DNA from: Limisphaerales bacterium
Lineage (GTDB): Bacteria; Verrucomicrobiota; Verrucomicrobiia; Limisphaerales; JAJOIW01
DNA: 11,146 nucleotides
Direction: 5' to 3'
Assembly (NCBI GenBank): GCA_965657355.1
Contig: CBFHOE010000004.1
Location: forward strand, 234,860 to 246,005
In this document: positions 1 to 6,968 of the stretch, piece by piece
Layout of the letters: the number at the start of each line of letters is the position of its first letter
Numbering within the stretch: position 1 is the first letter of the stretch
Position numbers and translations under genes: made by a program
The notes under the pieces: generated by a model
What the model was told of the DNA's origin: nothing
What the model saw: only the letters and a program-made list of their open reading frames with translations
Database searches by the model: none

Positions 1-444
1 GAAGGATTAAATGATTCTGGGAAAATCACAGAATCAGCAAGAGCTAAGGTGGATCAGGAGCTAAAAAACTGTTTTCGACCTGAATTTATCAACAGAGTTG
101 ATGAAGTTGTTATGTTTAAGCCTTTGACCAAACCTGAGATTGCGAGAATTGTTGTTCTTCTTTTCGAGCGAATTAGAAATAGAGTTAAAGATAGGGATAT
201 TTATTTGGATCTGGATGAGGCAGCTATCCATAAGATCGTTGATGATGGTTATGATCCAGTCTACGGTGCACGACCTCTGAGAAGGTATTTGCAAAAGAAT
301 ATTGAGACTGCCTTGGCCAAAAACATCCTGTCGGGCAGCATTCCACCGCATTCACTCGTGAAGATTACATGTGATTCTCAAGGAATTTGGGACTTCAAAG
401 TGACTCCAGTGAACCAAAAGGAATGTGAAGAAAAAGTTGCCTAA
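1..444 (+). CDS. clpB: ATP-dependent Clp chaperone (ClpB-type), C-terminal part; 5' end lies outside the window
   Basis: The frame is open from base 1 (EGLNDSGKITESARAKVDQELKNCFRPEFINRVDEVVMF), so the track's start at 49 is artificial. It carries the Hsp100 D2 motifs FRPEFINRVDE and GYDPVYGARPLRRYLQ. ClpB over ClpC is a judgement from the C-terminal sequence only. Confidence 0.9.
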   Translation, partial: EGLNDSGKITESARAKVDQELKNCFRPEFINRVDEVVMFKPLTKPEIARIVVLLFERIRNRVKDRDIYLDLDEAAIHKIVDDGYDPVYGARPLRRYLQKNIETALAKNILSGSIPPHSLVKITCDSQGIWDFKVTPVNQKECEEKVA

Positions 445-569
445 ACTACCACCAGTTCTGGTATGCTCATAAATAGTTAATGAAATCTTTCAAGGATTTG
501 ATTAAAGAATCGATTGAGATTCATTACATTCATGGGTTTTTTACCTATAAACATTAGATTTGTAATAAT

Positions 570-923
570 ATGAAGTTAGTTCTATCTGCGCACAACGTGC
601 AATCAAGTGAGGCGATTGAGAAACACATACAAGAAAAAATTGATAAATTAGAACACCATGATCCGCGGGCTATTGAAGCCAGAGTAACGATCGAGCACGA
701 TACAACCAAATCTCCAGAAAAAGCCTTCAGGTGTTCTATGAGAATTGCTGTGCCTGGTCCGGACCTATTCGCCGAGGATAGCGAAAACGATCTCTACGCG
801 GCCATAGATCTTGTGACCAAGAAGATCGATCAGCAAATGAGAACAAGGCACAATCGTCAGATCAGCAAAAATCATTCTGAAGCGGCTCGCCTCAAGCAAG
901 AGCGTCAGGATGAAGGTCTTTAA
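570..923 (+). CDS. raiA: Ribosome hibernation factor, HPF/RaiA (sigma-54 modulation/S30EA family), short single-domain form
   Basis: 117 aa with the family pattern HNVQSSEAIEKHIQEKIDKLE ... PGPDLFAEDSENDLYAAIDLVTKKIDQQMR. Confidence 0.93.
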   Translation: MKLVLSAHNVQSSEAIEKHIQEKIDKLEHHDPRAIEARVTIEHDTTKSPEKAFRCSMRIAVPGPDLFAEDSENDLYAAIDLVTKKIDQQMRTRHNRQISKNHSEAARLKQERQDEGL

Positions 924-943
924 TTGTTAGCTGCAGTGAGATC

Positions 944-2242
944 ATGAGATCTCTATTTAGAGTCAAAGTTATTTACCCAGTGCTGGGCCCCATCATTTTT
1001 AATGGGGCCCTTGTTATTAGGGATCAGAAAATTGAATGGGTAGGTCGATATAGCGATTTCTCTGATTTTGATCTCATCGATGCTACATATGAATTTCCTA
1101 ATCATATTATATTCCCGGGTCTCATCAATTTGCATTGCCACCTTGGTCTCACTGATTTAGTTGGAAAAATTCCCCAGAACAATTCTTTTTCCGAATGGGC
1201 CCAGGGTGTTTTAGCAATTCTAGGTAACCATTCATCTGCAGATCCTAATAGACAGGTCCCACTTTTTGCAGGGGTGAAGCAACTCGTTCTGAAGTCGGGA
1301 GTGACAACTATCGTGGACCACTGCCCAAATTCCTCGAACGTGAATCCTTTTTTTCATCCTCCCAAAAACATTTCAGCAAGAATTATATCCTGCTTTGAAT
1401 TTGGAGGTGTCATGAGAGGAATGAATGATGATGAAATTGTTGGGATGGCAGAGGGGCATATTGGCGCGTGCGAGCGTAATGGTGCTATCTGTGCGCTTGC
1501 TCCGCACGCTCCATATTCTGTAAGTGCTTCGGTATTTGATAAATTATTTAATCACGACGATTTTTTGAAAGTTAAATTTTGGTCAATGCACATGGGGGAG
1601 TCAAAAGAGGAGTATGAATATTTTACTCAGAAATCTGGTTCGATGTGGAAGTGGTTGAGCAAATCGGCTGGTCGCCCAGTATACCCACGAGAATCAGGTC
1701 CATTTTTTCACACCTTTGGTGCCAAACCGCCGGATTCACAGTTTTTATTAATTCATGGTAATTATCTATCTTTTGAGGAATTAGATCTCACAAAAAAAAT
1801 GGGGTGGGGTTTAGTGCATTGTCCCAATAGCTTTGAGTATTTTAATCATGACCGCAATCCGATTAAAGATTGGGAGGAAATTGGAATATCTTGGGGCATA
1901 GGAACCGATAGTTTGGCCACTGCTGTGGTCGATTCAGGAGCCAGAGATCCTGAATTAAATTTATTTTCAGAAGCGAGATTATTGTCATCAAGGCAGGATT
2001 TATCCATTTCATATTCTGAGTTAATGGAGAAAACGACGCACCTAGCGGCTAGAATGATCGGGATGGATTCAGACATAGGAGCTCTCAAATCTGGGATGTT
2101 GGCGGATTTTAATATTTTGGAAATGCCCCATGATTCTGACCCTGTCGATCAACAAAGTGAATTTGATTTTGCGCAATATATATTCAATAGTGGTCAAGGG
2201 AGATTGAAGACCTTCATCGGTGGTAAAGAGGTTGTTTTCTAA
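944..2242 (+). CDS. Metal-dependent amidohydrolase superfamily protein (nucleoside deaminase-like; MTA/SAH or aminodeoxyfutalosine deaminase type)
   Basis: Metal-binding and catalytic motifs appear in the expected order: PGLINLHCH (HxH), APHAPYS, HMGESKEE (HxxE), IHGNY, VHCPNS, GIGTDS, and C-terminal IGALKSGMLADF. The substrate cannot be fixed from motifs alone. Confidence 0.88.
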   Translation: MRSLFRVKVIYPVLGPIIFNGALVIRDQKIEWVGRYSDFSDFDLIDATYEFPNHIIFPGLINLHCHLGLTDLVGKIPQNNSFSEWAQGVLAILGNHSSADPNRQVPLFAGVKQLVLKSGVTTIVDHCPNSSNVNPFFHPPKNISARIISCFEFGGVMRGMNDDEIVGMAEGHIGACERNGAICALAPHAPYSVSASVFDKLFNHDDFLKVKFWSMHMGESKEEYEYFTQKSGSMWKWLSKSAGRPVYPRESGPFFHTFGAKPPDSQFLLIHGNYLSFEELDLTKKMGWGLVHCPNSFEYFNHDRNPIKDWEEIGISWGIGTDSLATAVVDSGARDPELNLFSEARLLSSRQDLSISYSELMEKTTHLAARMIGMDSDIGALKSGMLADFNILEMPHDSDPVDQQSEFDFAQYIFNSGQGRLKTFIGGKEVVF

Positions 2243-2256
2243 ATATGACACTAGAC

Positions 2257-2284
2257 TTGTTCGATCAAAGTGGCGTGCTATTAT
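2257..2284 (+). promoter_or_regulatory. Candidate sigma70-type promoter with extended -10 for the DUF1080 gene
   Basis: TTGTTC (2257-2262), 16-nt spacer, TG (2276-2277), C, TATTAT (2279-2284), then 6 nt to GTG at 2291. Confidence 0.5.
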
Positions 2285-2290
2285 CGAACT

Positions 2291-3484
2291 GTGAAATCAA
2301 TCTTTATTACCTGTTTGGCCCTTAGTTTATCTACAGGGCTCTTGGCTGCTGAAAAATCCAATGACTGGGTTTCCCTTTTTAATGGAAAAAACCTCGACGG
2401 TTGGAAGCAGAGTACTGAAGGCGAATCCTTTACCGTCGTTGATGGGGTTATAGTAGCAAAAGGCGAACCTAAAGGGCACCTTTTCTATAATGGCTCATTC
2501 ATGAATCACAATTTCAGAAATTTCGAACTAGAAGTTGATGTCAAGACGATGCCAGGCGCTAATGCGGGCGTTTATTTTCATACCCAATACCAAAAAGGGG
2601 GATGGCCAGAAGTTGGGTTCGAGGCTCAAGTGAATGCAACTCATGGCGACTGGAAAAAAAGTGGGGGCTTATACAATGTATCCGATGTGAGGCGCTCTCC
2701 AGTTCCCGATAATGAGTGGTGGAAATATAACATCCGTGTGGAGGGAAGGCGCGTTGTCGTCAAAATAAATGGAAAAGTAACAACTGATTGGACTCAACCG
2801 GATGATTTCATTCTCAAGAATAATCCAGGAAGGCTATTGGGCTCAGGCACGATCGCTTTCCAAGCGCACGATCCCAAAAGCATCGTTCATTTTAAGAATG
2901 TTCGCATCAAGCCATTACCCGATAGTTGGGTTTCATTATTCGATGGTAAATCCCTCACCGGTTGGAAAGAAAGTAAGGAAGGAAAATCATTTTCAATCGT
3001 CGATGGTGCCATTATGGCAAAAGGAGATCCAAAGGGTCACCTCTACTATACAGGTAATTATAACCTCAATAACTTTGAAAATTTTGAATTTAAAGTCGAT
3101 GTTTTAACAAAAAAAGGTGCTAATGGAGGCGTTTATTTCCATACTAAATACCAAGATGGGGGATGGCCAGAAATGGGTTTTGAAGCACAAGTCAATGCAA
3201 CCCAGGGCGACTGGAAAAAAGGAGGCAGTTTATATAACGTCGTTAATGTAAGAGAAGCTCCAGTCGGCGATGATAAATGGTGGACCTATCATATTATAGT
3301 AAAAAACAAACGCGTCGTCCTGAAAATCGATGATAAAACAACGGTGGATTGGACTCAGCCAGACGGGTTTGAACTCAAAGGAAATACAGGAAGAAAAATC
3401 GGATCAGGAACTTTTGCCTTCCAAGCCCATGACCCGGGCAGTGTTTGTTATTTTAAAAACGTTATGGTTAAAGTCACTGAATAA
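2291..3484 (+). CDS. Secreted or periplasmic tandem DUF1080 protein (3-keto-disaccharide hydrolase-like, two domains)
   Basis: GTG at 2291 gives a Sec signal peptide (MKSIFITCLALSLSTGLLA-AEK). Two domains each contain WVSLFxGKxLxGWK, NxGVYFH, GFEAQV, GxLYNV and GTxAFQAHDP..FKNV. The track's start at 2270 adds 7 residues before the signal peptide. Confidence 0.9.
   Translation: MKSIFITCLALSLSTGLLAAEKSNDWVSLFNGKNLDGWKQSTEGESFTVVDGVIVAKGEPKGHLFYNGSFMNHNFRNFELEVDVKTMPGANAGVYFHTQYQKGGWPEVGFEAQVNATHGDWKKSGGLYNVSDVRRSPVPDNEWWKYNIRVEGRRVVVKINGKVTTDWTQPDDFILKNNPGRLLGSGTIAFQAHDPKSIVHFKNVRIKPLPDSWVSLFDGKSLTGWKESKEGKSFSIVDGAIMAKGDPKGHLYYTGNYNLNNFENFEFKVDVLTKKGANGGVYFHTKYQDGGWPEMGFEAQVNATQGDWKKGGSLYNVVNVREAPVGDDKWWTYHIIVKNKRVVLKIDDKTTVDWTQPDGFELKGNTGRKIGSGTFAFQAHDPGSVCYFKNVMVKVTE
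2366..3472 (+). repeat. Intragenic tandem duplication (2366-2911 and 2927-3472; period 561 nt)
   Basis: My hand alignment of the two domains is gap-free, with about 120 of 182 residues identical (about 66%). DNA similarity is still visible, e.g. ggcgtttattt.catac..aataccaa...gggggatggccagaa and ggcgactggaaaaaa in both copies. Confidence 0.92.
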
Positions 3485-3515
3485 GAATTATATTCATTTT
3501 AATAGTTACTCAATT

Positions 3516-3548
3516 AAACCGGACTTTTGTCCGGTTTTTCCATTTTTT
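3516..3548 (+). terminator. Rho-independent terminator of the DUF1080 gene
   Basis: Perfect stem AAACCGGAC-TTTT-GTCCGGTTT (3516-3537) running into a T-rich tail, 31 nt after the stop codon. Confidence 0.85.
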
Positions 3549-3922
3549 GCTACTAAAGGACAATATGCCAATGAGTTTGCTAATCAGATTTTTTCGGTTT
3601 TAAGCCTTAAATTGTTTGGGTTTTCTCAACAAGTTCCTCGAAGCTATCCCACGGTATTGACAATTTCTTCAGTCACTCCGAATGGGAGAGACCACCAACA
3701 TACCAAGAACGAGTAGGGCTTCTCCTCGTGCTGCGGGCGTCATTGTCCATTTAGTTTATAAAAACCAAGCAGCCATGAGCCCAAAATAGCCAGGCCTGTT
3801 TTTTCAAAATAATGTATTCTACAAAATGGCTTACTTTTTTGGTGGGTTACTATTTGACTAAATTAAACCGTTCGCAGTGACTCAGGCATAATTTTCATCA
3901 ATTAATTGAAGATGGAAGAAAA

Positions 3923-3998
3923 TGGTGGGCGAAGAGGGATTCGAACCCCCGACCTACTGTGTGTAAGACAGCTGCGCTAGCCGCTGCGCCATTCGCCC
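3923..3998 (-). tRNA. tRNA-Val (anticodon TAC), 76 nt with encoded CCA
   Basis: Reverse complement GGGCGAATGGCGCAGCGGCTAGCGCAGCTGTCTTACACACAGTAGGTCGGGGGTTCGAATCCCTCTTCGCCCACCA folds as a cloverleaf: acceptor GGGCGAA/TTCGCCC, D stem GCGC/GCGC, anticodon stem GCTGT/ACAGT with loop CTTACAC, T loop TTCGAAT, ACCA end. Confidence 0.98.
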
Positions 3999-4016
3999 AG
4001 GCCTTAAGGGAAGAGG

Positions 4017-4046
4017 ATAATGCCTCAAATCAGCTTCAGAATGCAA
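4017..4046 (-). promoter_or_regulatory. Candidate sigma70 promoter for tRNA-Val
   Basis: On the minus strand: TTGCAT (4046-4041), 18-nt spacer, CATTAT (4022-4017), with an A-tract upstream. The -10 element ends 18 nt before the tRNA 5' end. Confidence 0.55.
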
Positions 4047-4264
4047 TCCATTTTTTGTGAGACTTATTTAAACCCTTCTACAGGTGTCAGATTTTATTCG
4101 TTTTCGCAGCCTTCCTCGTAGTTTTTAATGAGATTTCATTGCTAAGCGCACGTGCCCCAGTTTGACTTTTGAGAGTTCGAAGTGTATGTACATTGCAAAG
4201 ACAACTATCGATATTGATGAACATTTTAGGTAGGGGCAGTCTGGTTTCAAATGGGGTAATTGAA

Positions 4265-5389
4265 ATGAAAATCAAAATATTATTACTTGTACTAATTTCA
4301 GGTTTTTGGTGCTGGAATCAAGCTTCGTCACAGGTAGTCATCACATCTGCGGACATGTTCAATGAGGAGGGTCTTTATTACAAAGCTTACTCGAATGGTG
4401 ATGCAAAAGTCTCCGCTGTCAACATCATCGGATCTGAGGGGGGACCAAATTTTTGGGATTTCACCGCAGGTCCAAGAAACGAAGTCATCAAGTTCGACTA
4501 CCTAGAGCCATCAGATTCAATTTTTGTCGATGAGTTTCCCGAGGCAACCATCATGGAGCGTGCCCGTGTAGAAGAAACGGGTGAGATGTTAGGTGAGATA
4601 TTTTTCGAATCAGTCGAGGGTTTGGGAAGAAAGGTATATGGTTTCGTCCGGGACACCAATGATCCTGCACAGTTAGTATTGGGCCTTGATGGACCTCTAA
4701 AATTCAAAGTTCCTCAAGTGGATTTCCCTGCCAATATTAAATATGGAGATGAATGGTCCAATGTTATTACTTTTGACACGAATATTGACATCGGTGGTGG
4801 GCTTGGGTCGCTTGGTCAGTTTAGGATTATAATCAAGGATGACTTTATCGTTGATGCTTATGGTTTCGCTGAACTGGAAAACATCGGGTTTGTCGATGTT
4901 CTAAGACTTAATACGGTCACGAGTCAGGATGTTCAGATTCAGCAGGATGACGGGACGTTTGTCTCAATGGGGGCGACCTCTTATGTCAGAATTTACAGGT
5001 GGCTGGCGCAGGGGAAAGGCATAGTAGCTGAGCTCACCAGTGACGTCTCCTCTGATTTATCTGGTAATGCCAGCCCTCCTTCGAAAATATTTGAAACTGG
5101 TTCCAAATATTTTCGAATGTTTGAGACGAATAAGGAAAATTCAGGGGGTTGTTCTTCGGCCGACCCTGTTTCAGATTTAAGGATCTCATGGGATACGAAC
5201 AACAATAGGGTTTTTCTTCGATGGACCAAAGTCGAATGCGCCAGTAAATATAGAGTTTTATCTTCCACAGATTTATCAGATAAGAGCTCTTGGGAATTGG
5301 TCGAGGAGACAAATAAAGATTTCTCGTTTGATATTTTACCGGATTCTGATCAGCATCGCTGGTATAAGGTCGAAAGCGTCCTGCAGTGA
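4265..5389 (+). CDS. Secreted hypothetical protein: signal peptide, beta-rich body, C-terminal FN3/Ig-like module
   Basis: ATG at 4265 gives a Sec signal peptide (MKIKILLLVLISGFWCWNQASS-QVVITSADM). The track's upstream extension from 4169 is probably non-coding. The protein is acidic, with motifs GGPNFWDFT, EFPEAT, VDAYG and DVLRL, and a C-terminal LRWT..YRVLSSTDLS...W...RWYKV. Confidence 0.82.
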   Translation: MKIKILLLVLISGFWCWNQASSQVVITSADMFNEEGLYYKAYSNGDAKVSAVNIIGSEGGPNFWDFTAGPRNEVIKFDYLEPSDSIFVDEFPEATIMERARVEETGEMLGEIFFESVEGLGRKVYGFVRDTNDPAQLVLGLDGPLKFKVPQVDFPANIKYGDEWSNVITFDTNIDIGGGLGSLGQFRIIIKDDFIVDAYGFAELENIGFVDVLRLNTVTSQDVQIQQDDGTFVSMGATSYVRIYRWLAQGKGIVAELTSDVSSDLSGNASPPSKIFETGSKYFRMFETNKENSGGCSSADPVSDLRISWDTNNNRVFLRWTKVECASKYRVLSSTDLSDKSSWELVEETNKDFSFDILPDSDQHRWYKVESVLQ

Positions 5390-5501
5390 AATTAAGGATA
5401 TCTTCATTTAATTCCTGAGTGTTTCTTTCATTCCATCGGCCATATTTATGTATTCAATGCCCAATAAAAAAATATGTCAAGGGGTCCTTGGGGGGAAACG
5501 T

Positions 5502-6347
5502 ATGGTTAAACGGACTTCTGGTTTCACATTGATTGAGCTGTTGGTTGTCGTTGCAATTATAGCCATATTGGCGTCTTTAATTCTTCCGGCCTTGAACGTG
5601 GCAAAATCTAAAGCTCGTGAGATATATTGCGCCAATAATTGCCGGCAAATAGGCGCGGGAATGTATTCATTCGTGCAAGACACAGGGTATTACCCTCCAT
5701 ATAATGTGGATCCGGATTTTCATTCACAAGTCACATTTTGGACCGAGCATCTCAGGCCATATGTGCACCAGACATGGGAACAAAAAGTTTATAAATGTCC
5801 CGACTACAGAGGGTCAACAATACTGGGAAATGAATATGGAGCTCCATTGGGGAGCTATGGCTACAATGCGAATGGGACCAAAATAACACCTAGCTCTCTT
5901 GGTTTAGGCGGGTCGCTAACTAAAGTTAACGTCTCTCAAGTTGGCGATGATGTTTTGAAGAATGAGTTCCTCAGAATAAAAGAGGGGCAAATAAAGGCTC
6001 CATCTAACATGATTGCATTGGGCGATGCACATTTGCTATGGACTCCAAAAGCAATGATGAGCATGCTGTATGACATTGAAGCCCAAAAGGATGATTATAG
6101 TGGCATTGGGCTAATTGACATTAACTCCCGCAATGGTGTTCTCAGGAGTTTTTGGCCTGGGAGTAAAGGTATTAGGAGAGCTGTGCTTGCTCGACATAAT
6201 GGAAAATACAACATCTTCTTTGCCGATGGCCATGTTGAGAACATAAAGAGGACTCCATTATTTAAGTTGAATAATGGTTCTCTTAAAAAGTGGAACAATG
6301 ACAACCGACCTCACTCGGATTTGCTGACTTACAGAGTAGAAGAATAA
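5502..6347 (+). CDS. Prepilin-type N-terminal cleavage/methylation protein with C-terminal H-X9-DG motif (DUF1559-like, PVC-expanded family)
   Basis: Class III signal G|FTLIELLVVVAIIAILASLILPAL, then C.NN.RQIG, YKCPD, SYGYN and PSNMIALGD. The motif RH-NGKYNIFFA-DGHVE (H at 6195) matches H-X9-DG. The start may be 5502 (G-rich stretch upstream), 5457 or 5448. Confidence 0.93.
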   Translation: MVKRTSGFTLIELLVVVAIIAILASLILPALNVAKSKAREIYCANNCRQIGAGMYSFVQDTGYYPPYNVDPDFHSQVTFWTEHLRPYVHQTWEQKVYKCPDYRGSTILGNEYGAPLGSYGYNANGTKITPSSLGLGGSLTKVNVSQVGDDVLKNEFLRIKEGQIKAPSNMIALGDAHLLWTPKAMMSMLYDIEAQKDDYSGIGLIDINSRNGVLRSFWPGSKGIRRAVLARHNGKYNIFFADGHVENIKRTPLFKLNNGSLKKWNNDNRPHSDLLTYRVEE

Positions 6348-6389
6348 TAAGCCCGCCGGACTTCATTAATTATCCTGACCTGGATCCAA

Positions 6390-6939
6390 TTATAGGTCGT
6401 AGTATATTTCCAAAGCTTTTCGATTTGATTTAAAGGCCATCCGGTCCAAGTGCTCCTTCTTTGGGATTGTTATCAGAAACCCTGTGACTTCGGATTCTTG
6501 TAATTCTATACCATGGAATGAGTTCAATGAGCAGACAAAGAAAATATCAATCACATGATAAAGTACGGATTTAAATGGATATAAATTAGTGTCTGAATAT
6601 AGGTATTTAAATGACGATGGTGATAATTTGGTTTCCTCGTAAATCTCTCTTTTTAATCCATCCTCTGCGGATTCATTAAAATCTGCAAAGCCGCCGGGAA
6701 GTCCAAATTTTCCTTTAGCTGGTTCTCTGCCTCGCTCCAGAAGTAAGCATTCGTTTTGCTTGTTAACTAATATCCCGACGACCCCTATTGATGGGTTGAA
6801 ATATTGAGTGAAACCACAATGGCAGCAGCAGAATGGATTCGATGGTGTTTTTTTTGTTATATTCATTTTCAGTGCCGCATTTGGGGCAATAGTGGAAATC
6901 CTTCCAGGCTTCCATAGGAGGTTGAGGTGTCACTTTCAT
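6390..6939 (-). pseudogene. Zinc-ribbon NUDIX hydrolase split by a single-base frameshift (pseudogene, slippage-dependent gene or sequencing indel)
   Basis: The N-terminal MKVTPQPPMEAWKDFHYCPKCG is in the frame of ORF 6763..6993. The second half-ribbon CCHCGFTQYFNP and the Nudix box GGFADFNESAEDGLKREIYEETKL are in the frame of ORF 6390..6866. Removing one base from the A8 run (T8 at 6848-6855) fuses them. The start is 6939 or 6915. Confidence 0.85.
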
Positions 6940-6968
6940 AGGATTTGATGGATGAGAAGGGCTGGTTT

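Noticed and set aside
3565..3603. Tiny ORF MPMSLLIRFFRF preceded by AAAGGA, resembling a Phe-rich leader peptide
   Set aside because: It sits just after a terminator, with no downstream co-oriented gene or attenuator to regulate.
3330..3716. 128-aa + strand ORF
   Set aside because: It overlaps the DUF1080 gene by 155 nt in another frame, runs through its terminator and has no motif.
3607..3750. In-frame TGA in minus-strand frames as possible selenocysteine or read-through
   Set aside because: There is no redox motif context or convincing SECIS-like hairpin, and TGA serves as a normal stop in neighbouring genes such as nadB and the secreted protein.
6348..6389. Expected bidirectional terminator between the convergent prepilin and NUDIX genes
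   Set aside because: Only a 4-bp stem (ATCC/GGAT) is present, with no U-tract.
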